Source of the DNA: an uncultured Prevotella sp.
GTDB lineage: Bacteria; Bacteroidota; Bacteroidia; Bacteroidales; Bacteroidaceae
Assembly: GCA_947302435.1 (NCBI GenBank)
Contig: CAMYVQ010000001.1
Span: forward strand, 38,051-102,050
Reading direction: 5' to 3'
Length of the DNA: 64,000 nucleotides
The stretch's first letter is position 1; every line of letters starts with the position of its first letter. This document shows positions 28,483 to 38,292 of this stretch, piece after piece. The notes beneath the pieces are model-generated. The model searched no databases. It was given only the letters and a program-made list of their open reading frames with translations, and was not told where the DNA came from. A program made the translations under genes and the position numbers.

Positions 28483-29364
28483 CTATTCTTTGATGGGTGT
28501 CAGCATGAGTGAATCGTTGGCGGCTTCCTTCAGGCGCATGCGCTCCACCATGCTGTTGTCGTCGATGATGCAGACATCGCGCAGACGGGAGAAGTCGGTC
28601 GACAGGTGTATCTGAAGCCGGTAGGATAGGCCGTCCTTCGAGTTGAATATCTTCTCGATTTGTCCGACCTTCACGCCGTGGGGGAAAATGCTGGAGTAGC
28701 CGCTGGTCTCCACCCAGTCGCCTTTCTTCAGCTTGGCGTGTCGGGGCATGTCTTCCACGTAGGCTCTTGTGGGGTCGCCGCCCGTCCAGGTGAGATAGCC
28801 GAAATAGTCCTTGCCCCGAACGGCGCAGCTGATGCGCGAACGCATGTTCAGTGCAGGGATGACGACGGAATAATGAAGGCTCGTCAGATAGACCACGCCC
28901 ACAATGCCGCTGCCGCAGATAACGCCCATATCGGGCTTCACACCGTCGGTGCTTCCCTTGTCGAGGGTCATGAGGTTATGCGAACTCGATATGGAGTTCG
29001 ACACCACCTTGGCCGTGATAAGCTGAAGGTTGGCCAGCGTGTCGCGCATCTTTTTCAGTGTCGTGTCGTTGGCGAAGTCCTTCGCCGCTGCTTCGTCGGC
29101 CAGCTGTTGGCGCAGTGCGTCTAATTCCTGTTCCAGCTCGATGTTCCTCTTGGTCAGCAGTTCATTCTGTTCGGTCAACGAGAAGAAATGCTCTATCTCG
29201 GCCTGCCATGCGTAGGTTTTTCCAGCCACCAGGTTGGCCGACGAAATCCACACGCTGGCCTGATAGTTGTTGTAGCTGAATATCATGACAACACTGACTG
29301 CCTCCAAAATCAGGAAAAGCAGCCAGTGAAAATGCCGTATGAGGAATGACCAGAGGTTTTCCAT
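28483..29364 (-). CDS. mreC: Rod shape-determining protein MreC
   Basis: TLDKGS.DGV..DMGV, TSGYSSIFP.G..VG. Confidence 0.95.
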   Translation of the reverse strand: MENLWSFLIRHFHWLLFLILEAVSVVMIFSYNNYQASVWISSANLVAGKTYAWQAEIEHFFSLTEQNELLTKRNIELEQELDALRQQLADEAAAKDFANDTTLKKMRDTLANLQLITAKVVSNSISSSHNLMTLDKGSTDGVKPDMGVICGSGIVGVVYLTSLHYSVVIPALNMRSRISCAVRGKDYFGYLTWTGGDPTRAYVEDMPRHAKLKKGDWVETSGYSSIFPHGVKVGQIEKIFNSKDGLSYRLQIHLSTDFSRLRDVCIIDDNSMVERMRLKEAANDSLMLTPIKE

Positions 29365-29376
29365 TAAGCATTGTGG

Positions 29377-30399
29377 TTATCGCATCAGGAATGTGAAGCG
29401 GTCGACGTTTTTCAGTGCGATGCCGGCACCCTTGGCTACAGAGTGCAAGGGGTCTTCGGGCACGTGGAACTGAATGTTGATCTTGTCCTCAAGACGCTTG
29501 TCGAGACCACGCAACAGTGCGCCGCCGCCACTGAGGTAGATGCCGTTCTTCACGATGTCAGCATACAGTTCGGGAGGCGTGTTCTCCAAGGCGGAGAGCA
29601 CGGCGTTCTCAATCTTGGCAACGGTTTTGTCGAGACAGTGGGCAATCTCCTGATAGCATACAGGCACCTCCATAGGCAGTGCCGTGATGCGGTTCGGGCC
29701 GTGTACCACATAGTCTTCGGGAGCATCTTCGCCAAGATCGGTGAGGGCAGAGCCTACGGCAATCTTGATGCGCTCGGCCATGCGCTCCGACACCTTCACG
29801 TTGTGCTGACGGCTCATGTATTCCTGAATGTCGGCTGTCAGGTCGTCGCCTGCGGTGCGGATGGAGTTGTTCGACACGATACCGCCCAACGAGATGACGG
29901 CAATCTCGGTGGAACCGCCGCCAATGTCGACAATCATGTTGCCCTCCGGGGCTTCAACGTCGATGCCGATACCAATGGCAGCTGCCATCGGCTCGAAAAT
30001 CAGATACACATCGCGTCCGTCGGCATGCTCGGCAGAGTCGCGCACGGCGCGAAGCTCCACCTCGGTCGAGCCGCTGGGCACGCCGATAACCATACGCAGG
30101 GCAGCCGGGAAGAAATGGCGGCCCGTGTGTACCATCTTGATCAGGCCGCGCATCATCTGTTCGCAGGCTGAGAAGTCGGCAATCACACCGTCGCGGAGCG
30201 GACGGATGGTGCGTATGTTGTCGTGAGTCTTTTCGTACATCATCTTTGCCTTCTCGCCCACGGCAATCATCTTGTCGGTGCGGCGGTCGAGTGCTACGAC
30301 CGAAGGCTCATCCACGACGATCTTGTCGTCGCTGATGATAATCGTATTGGCTGTGCCAAGATCCATGGCCAGCTCTTGTCGGAAACTAAAAAATCCCAT
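29377..30399 (-). CDS. mreB: Rod shape-determining protein MreB
   Basis: DLGTANT, RPLRDGVIADF, EPMAAAIG, VDIGGGSTE, SGGGALLRG. Confidence 0.98.
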   Translation of the reverse strand: MGFFSFRQELAMDLGTANTIIISDDKIVVDEPSVVALDRRTDKMIAVGEKAKMMYEKTHDNIRTIRPLRDGVIADFSACEQMMRGLIKMVHTGRHFFPAALRMVIGVPSGSTEVELRAVRDSAEHADGRDVYLIFEPMAAAIGIGIDVEAPEGNMIVDIGGGSTEIAVISLGGIVSNNSIRTAGDDLTADIQEYMSRQHNVKVSERMAERIKIAVGSALTDLGEDAPEDYVVHGPNRITALPMEVPVCYQEIAHCLDKTVAKIENAVLSALENTPPELYADIVKNGIYLSGGGALLRGLDKRLEDKINIQFHVPEDPLHSVAKGAGIALKNVDRFTFLMR

Positions 30400-30400
30400 G

Positions 30401-30994
30401 TTATTTTATAAACCAATTGTGTATTGCTGTATCGTAATGGCTGCTTACGCCAAAAGCACGGGCGGCCAGCATGCGGCGGTCTTCGATGTCGGTAGTGGCA
30501 CCCTTCTTGTTCAGAATGTCAAGCAGTACCGGATATTCGGCCTTTGAAGGAACGATGACCACGTCCTTGAAGTTCTTGGCTCCGGCACGGATGAGCGAGA
30601 TGCCGCCGATGTCGATCTTCTCGATGATGTCGGCTTCACCGGCTCCGCTGGCTACGGTCTGCTCGAAGGGATAGAGGTCCACGATGACGAGGTCGATTTC
30701 GGGAATCTCGTATTTGGCCATCTGTTCGCGGTCGCCCTCGTTGTCGCGACGGCCCAGGATGCCGCCAAACACTTTCGGGTGAAGGGTCTTCACACGGCCA
30801 CCCAGAATAGAGGGATAGGTGGTTACATCTTCAACTTTCTGGCATTCGTAGCCTAATGACTCGATGAAAGTCTGGGTACCGCCCGTAGAGAGGAACTTCA
30901 CGCCCTCTTCGTTCAATTTCTTGAGCAAATCGTCCAGTCCGTCTTTGTGAAATACTGAAATAAGTGCAGTCTTGATCTGTTTTGCTTCTGCCAT
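30401..30994 (-). CDS. purH: Stand-alone IMP cyclohydrolase (N-terminal MGS-like domain of PurH)
   Basis: ALISV..K.GL, STGGT, GGRVKTLHPK, IDIGGISLIRAGAKNF; ends at about 197 aa with no AICAR transformylase domain. Confidence 0.9.
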   Translation of the reverse strand: MAEAKQIKTALISVFHKDGLDDLLKKLNEEGVKFLSTGGTQTFIESLGYECQKVEDVTTYPSILGGRVKTLHPKVFGGILGRRDNEGDREQMAKYEIPEIDLVIVDLYPFEQTVASGAGEADIIEKIDIGGISLIRAGAKNFKDVVIVPSKAEYPVLLDILNKKGATTDIEDRRMLAARAFGVSSHYDTAIHNWFIK

Positions 30995-31045
30995 ATTAGC
31001 TTCTCTTATAACGTTATAAAAAAATAATCCTGAGTTTTGATGGTG

Positions 31046-31053
31046 CAAAGATA
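31046..31053 (-). promoter_or_regulatory. -7 promoter box for the purH-mre operon
   Basis: TATCTTTG on the minus strand. Confidence 0.65.
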
Positions 31054-31191
31054 CAAAAAAAACTAACTATATGACACAAATAAAGTGTAAAAAAATACTC
31101 TTTCCACTATATTTATATAGATAGGTCAATTCTCATTGCTGATTGGCCAGAGTGTGAAAGTCGGCCCGTTTTTTCATTGATAAGGAACCAT

Positions 31192-31260
31192 TTTACAAAG
31201 TCGACGAGTTTGTATGACAAAGTCGACGACTTTGTGTCACAAACTCGTCGACTTTGTAAA
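31192..31260. repeat. Triple palindrome element (22-bp period), copy 2
   Basis: Units at 31195, 31217 and 31239, same consensus as 7907-7975. Confidence 0.9.
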
Positions 31261-31290
31261 ACGATTCAATAAGTGCTTTCGGATGGGTTG

Positions 31291-31704
31291 TTATTTATGG
31301 CTTTTGTAATATTCAAGACCAAGCCTCACATTCTCCTTGACGGCATCCGATGTGAATGTGGCTCCTGTGACACCGTCGACCTGCATCGTCAGGGCATCCG
31401 AGACCTTCTTGTCGTTCCATTGGTCGAACAGTGCCTTCTTCACCTTGGCATAGTATTTGGGCGTTTCCTGATTCTTCAGGCCTTCAACCTTCACCACTTT
31501 GTTCTTCTTGATGTAGATTTTCACTGGTGTGGGGCCTACGTAGCCAATGACTTTACTGCCTAAGGTGGTGGTGTTCACAACGTACATGCCATCTTCCTTC
31601 GTCATGACCTCGTCGTTCTTTTGGGGCATGGCACTGATGAGTGTGGCTGTAGCAAGGAGCAGCGCAAAGCCGCTCAGCATGCCGGTGATATTCTTCTTGT
31701 TCAT
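31291..31704 (-). CDS. FMN-binding domain protein (exported)
   Basis: Signal peptide, GY.GPTP, N.ETP, VDGVTGATFTS flavinylation-type motif. Confidence 0.9.
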   Translation of the reverse strand: MNKKNITGMLSGFALLLATATLISAMPQKNDEVMTKEDGMYVVNTTTLGSKVIGYVGPTPVKIYIKKNKVVKVEGLKNQETPKYYAKVKKALFDQWNDKKVSDALTMQVDGVTGATFTSDAVKENVRLGLEYYKSHK

Positions 31705-31781
31705 TTTTTCTCTGTTTATATTAATCCATTAATTGACGTGTGATAGCGAAAATGGTTTAATTGTTGTCTGTTTTTCTGTAT

Positions 31782-33299
31782 TTAATTGAAGAGTCCGATG
31801 CTGAGGCCCACCGTCCGTGCATCGGTGGAGTGGTTGGTGCGCAGGTAGTCCCCGTAGGCACTGACGAACCAATGTGTCTGCTTGCCCTTTATCTTCAGGG
31901 GGAACTCGTAGGTGAGTTTCAGATGGCCGCGCCAGTAGTTGGCACCGTAATAGTCCATGTCGGGCAGCAATACCCCCACGGCATAGTCGGTGGTAGGGTC
32001 GGCCAGACTGAGCTTCGGGCTTTGCGACACGAAACCGCCTGCCTGCGCGTCGATCCATATCCGTCGGGCTACCGACAGACCGCCTTCGGCCATGATGAGC
32101 ATGCCGCCATGACTAAGCTTCGACGTGGGCAACAGGTGCTTGTTCTCGTTGTCGCTGATGGCAAGGTGGAAGCCTGTGTATGCCTTTTCTTGCTGATTCT
32201 CAGTGAAATGGGCGCGATAGGAAATGTCCGCATTGAACACGTTCGTCTGATAGCGCTTCTTGTAGGTCAGCAGATTGTCATATTGGTAGGAGGTGTAGCC
32301 CGTTCCGCTCTCTTTGGTCTGCTCTAATTGCTGGCGGTATTCGTCGGCGTAGGCCTGTTCATAGCTGAAGGCGAGGTCGAACTGGTGAATGACGTTGCCA
32401 TTGGTGAAACGGTTGCGTAGCGAGACACTGTAACGGTAGTCCACGAAGCGGCCTGGTTCGTACTTGTATTGTCCGTAAGCCGATTCTTCGCCCCGTTCTG
32501 CGGAGAGACTCAACAATGAGTGCTGTTCGGTGGTGCGGTAGGCGTAGCTGAGTTCGGCACCGAAGCGGTGGTCCACCCATTCACGCGAGAAACTGCTATA
32601 GCCGCCTGGGGTGCCCACGGCATGCTCCATGCCCGACATCAGGTAATAGTTCATCGTGGCATCCTGCTGCACGGTGGTCACACCGATGATTTTCTCCTTG
32701 CGACGGTGGTAGTTGCCGCTCAGGGCCAACGTATGGATGCCAAAGGTATAGGCCACGCCCGGAGTCAGCTTGTAGTCGAGCAACTGTGAGCGTGAGCGCG
32801 GATCGCGCAGGCGGCTCAAGTCGCCCACCTTGTAGTCGAGGCTAAGTCCGAAGCGCCATCCGTTGAAACTGACGGTGCCCAAGGCTGCCTTGAAATCGAA
32901 GTCTTGGAAATCGTACTTGCCGGGGATGCTGCTTCCGGCAAAGTAGGGATTAGCGTTGTAGGGGCGCATCACGTCGGCCCAGGTGCGGTTCTTGGTACGC
33001 CCGTAGTCGAAGTCGAAACGCCCGTAGCCGTGCAGATAGCGGCCTACGTTTTGATAGCGTTCAGTCCTGAAACGCAGTTGGTTATGCTGTGTACCCTCCT
33101 GAACGCGGGTGTAGTCGCCGTCCCAGTGCTCTGCGTCGAAACAGGCATAGCCTCGGTTGCGTGTCGAGTCAAGTCCCAGTGCCGCCGCATGGTCGGTGAG
33201 CCTCCAGAGCTGGGTGGCATCGTCATAGCGGTATTGTCCCTCTTGTGCCGAAGCTGTGAGGAAACAGGAAAATGATATGATTAAAAACGATTTTCTCAT
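31782..33299 (-). CDS. Outer-membrane beta-barrel protein (DUF6850-like)
   Basis: Signal peptide, alternating beta strands, R.RDPR motif, aromatic C-terminus. Confidence 0.75.
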   Translation of the reverse strand: MRKSFLIISFSCFLTASAQEGQYRYDDATQLWRLTDHAAALGLDSTRNRGYACFDAEHWDGDYTRVQEGTQHNQLRFRTERYQNVGRYLHGYGRFDFDYGRTKNRTWADVMRPYNANPYFAGSSIPGKYDFQDFDFKAALGTVSFNGWRFGLSLDYKVGDLSRLRDPRSRSQLLDYKLTPGVAYTFGIHTLALSGNYHRRKEKIIGVTTVQQDATMNYYLMSGMEHAVGTPGGYSSFSREWVDHRFGAELSYAYRTTEQHSLLSLSAERGEESAYGQYKYEPGRFVDYRYSVSLRNRFTNGNVIHQFDLAFSYEQAYADEYRQQLEQTKESGTGYTSYQYDNLLTYKKRYQTNVFNADISYRAHFTENQQEKAYTGFHLAISDNENKHLLPTSKLSHGGMLIMAEGGLSVARRIWIDAQAGGFVSQSPKLSLADPTTDYAVGVLLPDMDYYGANYWRGHLKLTYEFPLKIKGKQTHWFVSAYGDYLRTNHSTDARTVGLSIGLFN

Positions 33300-33307
33300 T
33301 TCTTTTA

Positions 33308-34552
33308 TTATTCAGGATTAGCTTCGTCGTATTCGCGTGGTTTGATGGTGGTCGACACCTTGAAATCGTTCAGGCTGTTGTTCGTGTCCATCAGAATCTT
33401 GTGGCCGTCGGCAGCCAGTTTTGAGGTGCGGCGATACACCACTTCGCCCGTCCAGCCGGAAATGGATTCAATGACCGTATAACCGGCATCGATTTCTTTG
33501 TAGAGGCGCTTTGAACTGACATCTACGCCTGTGCTTCTGTTCTTGATGTAGTCAACTCCATCGAGAATGACGCGCTTGGGCACCAACAGATAGAAAAGCG
33601 TGCCGGTCGTCTTTTCGTAGCCGTAACTGTGCTGCCATTGGTCGATGTCCTCATTGGTGCGGAAAATAATGACACCGCAGGGGCCTCCCTGCATCAGGTT
33701 CATCGTGGCATTCTTTGAAAAGACAGTGAAAGTGGTAAGCAAGGCGGGCGTGTCGGGGTTGTTCATGGTTGTGCCCGTTTCGTCCTTCGATTCAAAGTCG
33801 GCATCGGTCAGGTTGTACTCCAATTCGTTTACGTCGCTGTGGTCAGTCGCGCTGTTCACCAAGAGCACTGTGCCGCCAGGCCCTACTTTGTAAGGCTTGT
33901 CGGCGGAAATCTGGAACACCTGTTTCACCACGACCACTGAGTCGTCATAGACCTCATGAAGGTTTTCGAGGGTGAAAGGTTGAGGGCTGGTTGTCTCCAA
34001 CAAGCCGATATAAAGGCCGCTCACATCGACAGAGTCGTCGGCTTGGTTGTAAAGCTCAAGGTATTTGCCCGCCATGTAGGTGCGGTTGTTGGCATCCTTC
34101 GAGCCTGCACTGGCAATCTTGCCGATCACGATGTCACGCTTTAGGGCCACATGGGTGGGGAGGAGCAGGGGAGCCGTTTCCTCTTTCTCTGAGAGCAGTT
34201 GCGCATTCAGACTGCCGGAAACGGTGCAGCCGCTGTTTTGCTCGATGGTTCCTGTCAGTGTCTGGTATTGCTCGTTGGTGAGTTCCCACGTGGTGGAGAT
34301 GTCATAGACATCGGGCAGAAGGTCGCTGAACGTGGCGATACCTTTGGCATCGGTGGCGGCCGTCAGGATTGTTCCGTTGAGCGACAGGCGGATGTCATGG
34401 CCTTCGAGGTCGCTGCCCTGCGTGAACTCCTCGGGCATCTGTAGCTGCACCTTGATGCCGATGGCATGGGTCACGTCGTCGTAGTCGATACAGGCCGTTA
34501 GCAGCCATGATGACAAAAGGAGCACACTGGTGAATATCTTGTTTTTCATCAT
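33308..34552 (-). CDS. DUF4876-like lipoprotein
   Basis: Lipobox LTAC, YLELYN, ADFE, IDAG, MDTNNS.NDF. Confidence 0.8.
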   Translation of the reverse strand: MMKNKIFTSVLLLSSWLLTACIDYDDVTHAIGIKVQLQMPEEFTQGSDLEGHDIRLSLNGTILTAATDAKGIATFSDLLPDVYDISTTWELTNEQYQTLTGTIEQNSGCTVSGSLNAQLLSEKEETAPLLLPTHVALKRDIVIGKIASAGSKDANNRTYMAGKYLELYNQADDSVDVSGLYIGLLETTSPQPFTLENLHEVYDDSVVVVKQVFQISADKPYKVGPGGTVLLVNSATDHSDVNELEYNLTDADFESKDETGTTMNNPDTPALLTTFTVFSKNATMNLMQGGPCGVIIFRTNEDIDQWQHSYGYEKTTGTLFYLLVPKRVILDGVDYIKNRSTGVDVSSKRLYKEIDAGYTVIESISGWTGEVVYRRTSKLAADGHKILMDTNNSLNDFKVSTTIKPREYDEANPE

Positions 34553-34583
34553 ACTCAGTTTTCTTTATTCATGATTCGACTTC

Positions 34584-37331
34584 CTACAGATTCAGGTAAA
34601 GCTCGGCACCGAAACTGAAGCCCACGTTGCGTTGCGAAAGGGTAGAGGTGTTGTTGCCTTTCAGGTAAGGCTCATAGTAGAGCGCGTTGTTCACATAGAA
34701 CGAAAAACCGCCCATCTTTCCCAACTCCTTTGTCAGACGGGCCTGAAGGTTCCAGGTGACAGGCGACTTCGACGGCTCGTTGTCGCTCACGCGAATGAGC
34801 AGATCCTGCACGGCGACACTCTTCTGGTCGACGGGTTGGGCGGCATACCATTTGGCATCCATGCCCAAATAGCCCGTCAGCATGTCGGGTGTCAGGTCGT
34901 GACGGTTCAACTGGGTATCTATCCAGCCAATGGGGTCTTTGTCAGCCGTGTAGCTGTCGGTCCAGTTCTGCCAGATGGCTTGTGCCGTGAGCGATGCGAC
35001 CATGCGCAGTTCGGGAATATGGGTCACCGTGCGCAAAGTGGTCACGAACCGACGGTATTTTGAATAGTCGAGCCCCGAGGGATAGACGACCTTGAAAGGT
35101 GTCAGACCAGATGTTGTATAACTGCTGGGAAGCAAGGCGGCTTTCACCGACTGGCTGTTCAGGTCGGTCGACCATGTCTTCGTCTCTTGCCATGCGCCGC
35201 TCAAGAGGAACTGTGTGCGCAGGGGCTTCACTGTACCAAAGTCAAAGTCGGCCTCAATGCCACGGTTCACGGTGGTGTTGGTGTTGCCAATCTCCCCGGT
35301 CGTAATGAAAACGAGATCCTGACGGTCGTAACCGCTGGTGAAGTCGTAGGTGCCGTCGGCATTTGTCGGAGGCACGGTGGCAAAGTGGTTGGCCGTATAG
35401 GTGAAGTAGTCTGTGACGGCACCGAAACCGTTGGGGGTCTTGTCGCGATAAGCCAGCAAGGAAAGTTTCTTGCCGTTGGGCAACTTGAAGTCGAGGCCTG
35501 CCTCAATCTTTGTGGTCGTGGCGTTCTTCATGTTCTTTGAATAGGCCACTTCGTACACCTGTGTATGGTAGGCCAATAGCTGCTGACTGCCGTCTTGGGG
35601 CATGTAGTTGGCTGCCACGCGGTCGACGTATTTCTTGTCGGGATAGAGATAGTTCAGGCCGGGGGTCTTCGAGTTCATGCCGATGCCGCCGCGCAGTTCA
35701 AGCCATTTGGTGAGCGAGAACGACACGTTCAGTCGGGGCGACAAGGCTGTGGTGGCTACGTCGCCAAAGGGCTGCAAGGCCGTGAAGCGCAAGCCTGCCG
35801 TGGCACGCAGATGGTTCACGCGGTTGATGTTCCAAGTGAACTTGTCTTCAGCGAAGGCCGCAATCTGATGGAGAGAGGGAATGTCGCTGAACGCACGGGG
35901 ACGACCGTCGCTGTTGGGGCGCAGGGGATGGCTCTCGTCTTCGTTATAGTAACCCTTGCCGCTGTTCCAGTCGTAGTGGTAGTCGGCACCTACCTTGAAA
36001 GTCTGGCGCGTGTTGCCGGACTTGAAGTAGAATTGGTCGTTGACTTTGAGGAAGAGATTGCCCGGACGGCTCTCAGTGATGCCTGTGGCTAAATAGGAAC
36101 GTGTCTCGAAAGGCACCACATAGTACCCCGTCTCACGGGCGGTCAGGATGGGCAGCAGCCCCGAGCTGACACTGGCAAACGAGGAGTTCTTTCCGTCGGA
36201 AAGTGTCTGGCTGAAGCCTATCGTATAATTTATGGTACGCGCGAATAGCTTTTCAACCTGTATGCGACCGTTATGGGTAAGTGAGAAGGTCTGGTTCTTG
36301 TTCTCGGTATAGGTGCCGTCTTGCTCGGCATCAGGATCCTGTCCTGTCCAGTCCTTGGCCTGCATATAGCGCAGCTTGGTGTTGGTGTGCCAGCGGCGGC
36401 TGATGTCGTAGCCCCATCCAAGGGTGGCGGTATAGCGGTGGAACGAGCGTGTCTTCATACGGGGGTCGCCCCAGGCTTGGGCATAGTCGAGGCTTCCGTT
36501 CAGGATGCCGACTTTGCCAAAGGCGGAACCTTTGGACACACTGTAGTTCATGAGGCCGGGATTGACCTTTCCTTTCACCTGCCAGGGAGTGACACCTACC
36601 TTTGAATGGACAACCACCAAGCCACTGGTCAGGTCACCATATTCGGCAGAGGGGATGCCGCGCACCACTTCCACCTCGTCAATATCGTCGGCAGCAACTT
36701 GTCGCAGGTCGGTTCCGGTGAAAGAGGTACTTGAAAAGGTTCCCTGACTCACGGCACCGTTGTTCGACATGGGCACACCGTCGACCACAATGCTTGAGCC
36801 AAAGGCCGATGTGTTGTTGTTGACAAGCTGGCGAAGCTGCAGGTTGGAGGCGGAAGTCAGGTCGTTGTTACCCATCAGATGGCCTGGGATGAGCTGCATG
36901 ATGTCGGCCAGTGAAGTGGCTTGCAGGTGGTCGATGGCCTGTCGGCCAATGATGCTCGAGGTCGATGAACCGCTGGCATTCTGACGGGCCGTGACACTCA
37001 CCTCGGCCAATGACAGCGAGGTCTCGTCCATCTCGACCTTCATGTTCAGGTCTTTGTCGGCCACGCTCAATTGGATGTTGCGTGTCTGAAAGCCCACGTA
37101 TGTCACCGTCAGCGTGTACTGTCCTTTGGGCACATTGCTGATGGTCGCTTTTCCATTGACATCGGTGACGGTCGTCTGTCCTAACGGATTGAGCACCACG
37201 GTACCCATGATGACGGGCTCGTGGCTCTTTCGCTCAGTGACCGTCAGATGGATATTGGCGGCATTGGCAGCCATTGTCAGCTGCAAGAGCATCAGCGCGA
37301 AAGTGAATAGTCTTTTACACATGTTGATCAT
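34584..37331 (-). CDS. TonB-dependent receptor (non-SusC type)
   Basis: AIDHLQATSL.D..QL.PG, G.DLRQ..DDI..VEVVRGIPSAEYGDLTSG, FSFGAEL.L.L. Confidence 0.93.
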   Translation of the reverse strand: MINMCKRLFTFALMLLQLTMAANAANIHLTVTERKSHEPVIMGTVVLNPLGQTTVTDVNGKATISNVPKGQYTLTVTYVGFQTRNIQLSVADKDLNMKVEMDETSLSLAEVSVTARQNASGSSTSSIIGRQAIDHLQATSLADIMQLIPGHLMGNNDLTSASNLQLRQLVNNNTSAFGSSIVVDGVPMSNNGAVSQGTFSSTSFTGTDLRQVAADDIDEVEVVRGIPSAEYGDLTSGLVVVHSKVGVTPWQVKGKVNPGLMNYSVSKGSAFGKVGILNGSLDYAQAWGDPRMKTRSFHRYTATLGWGYDISRRWHTNTKLRYMQAKDWTGQDPDAEQDGTYTENKNQTFSLTHNGRIQVEKLFARTINYTIGFSQTLSDGKNSSFASVSSGLLPILTARETGYYVVPFETRSYLATGITESRPGNLFLKVNDQFYFKSGNTRQTFKVGADYHYDWNSGKGYYNEDESHPLRPNSDGRPRAFSDIPSLHQIAAFAEDKFTWNINRVNHLRATAGLRFTALQPFGDVATTALSPRLNVSFSLTKWLELRGGIGMNSKTPGLNYLYPDKKYVDRVAANYMPQDGSQQLLAYHTQVYEVAYSKNMKNATTTKIEAGLDFKLPNGKKLSLLAYRDKTPNGFGAVTDYFTYTANHFATVPPTNADGTYDFTSGYDRQDLVFITTGEIGNTNTTVNRGIEADFDFGTVKPLRTQFLLSGAWQETKTWSTDLNSQSVKAALLPSSYTTSGLTPFKVVYPSGLDYSKYRRFVTTLRTVTHIPELRMVASLTAQAIWQNWTDSYTADKDPIGWIDTQLNRHDLTPDMLTGYLGMDAKWYAAQPVDQKSVAVQDLLIRVSDNEPSKSPVTWNLQARLTKELGKMGGFSFYVNNALYYEPYLKGNNTSTLSQRNVGFSFGAELYLNL

Positions 37332-38096
37332 TTATTCCCCGTTTTCCTTTTCGTCGCATTCATGCGGAGCGGGCACTTTGGCTTCAATGCCGGCGGCTTT
37401 CAGCTCCTGTAGCAGTTTTTCCTCGCTGGTATCCGTGTTCACGTAGGTGATGGCCAGCGAGTTTTGGCGTGTGTTCACATTGGCATCATCGACACCGTCG
37501 AGGGCAAGGGCCGTTTCGATGGTCTCGTCGTTGGCTTGTTTTTCAGGCACAATGAAGTAGGCGAAACTGATGTCCTTGCTGGTGTAGTAGTTCACGGGAG
37601 TGAAGCCCAATGCACCGAGCGACTCACGAATCACTGCCTTCGAAGTCTTGTTGGCATCGTAGCGGACGAACACGTAGTGCTTGTCCACATGAGGGGCGAT
37701 GCTGTCGATGCCTTCCAGTTCGGCAAGCCGTTTGGCGATGCGGTCGGCACAGTTCTGGCAGTGCATGTCGGCCATTTGCAAGCCCATGCCACGTGTGATA
37801 ACATCGTCGGGACTGTAGGGCGACGACTTGTAGCGACCAGTGGCATCCAAACGGGCCTTAATGGAGTCGGCGCAGGTCTTCTGGCCATCGTACTCGATGC
37901 TGACGGTGCGCTTCTCCAAGTCGAAGCTGATAGCCTCGATGCCCTCGTTCTTCTGCAAGACAGTCCTTACTTTGTGAGCGCATTCCTCACAGCGCATTCC
38001 TTTCACGCGTACAACCAGTTTCTCGTTCGTGTCACTGGCGGCGATGGCCAACTGTGCCATGAAGAGAGCCGCACAAAAAGTGAATAAATACTTCAT
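37332..38096 (-). CDS. Exported protein with three heavy-metal-associated (HMA) domains
   Basis: Signal peptide, GMRCEEC and DMHCQNC motifs, third HMA-like repeat without CxxC. Confidence 0.88.
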   Translation of the reverse strand: MKYLFTFCAALFMAQLAIAASDTNEKLVVRVKGMRCEECAHKVRTVLQKNEGIEAISFDLEKRTVSIEYDGQKTCADSIKARLDATGRYKSSPYSPDDVITRGMGLQMADMHCQNCADRIAKRLAELEGIDSIAPHVDKHYVFVRYDANKTSKAVIRESLGALGFTPVNYYTSKDISFAYFIVPEKQANDETIETALALDGVDDANVNTRQNSLAITYVNTDTSEEKLLQELKAAGIEAKVPAPHECDEKENGE

Positions 38097-38126
38097 ATTG
38101 ATTGATGAATATTCATGATTTGGCTG

Positions 38127-38228
38127 CAAAGATACAAATAATTTTACATATTCAATTGTTTGTATATAAAAAAGAGAATAAAAGATATTGTTTAATCATT
38201 TGTGGAAACAAAAAAAATCGTACCTTTG
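38127..38228. promoter_or_regulatory. Divergent -7 promoter boxes
   Basis: TATCTTTG (minus, 38127-38134) and TACCTTTG (plus, 38221-38228). Confidence 0.65.
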
Positions 38229-38292
38229 CACACCAAAAAGGTATTTTTATTACCGACCATTTAATTTTTATCATCAATTTTGTAACATTTTT

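Noticed and set aside
38097-38292. Cobalamin or other riboswitch ahead of the TonB/HMA locus
   Set aside because: The spacer is short, AT-rich and taken up by two divergent promoter boxes, with no B12-box-like sequence
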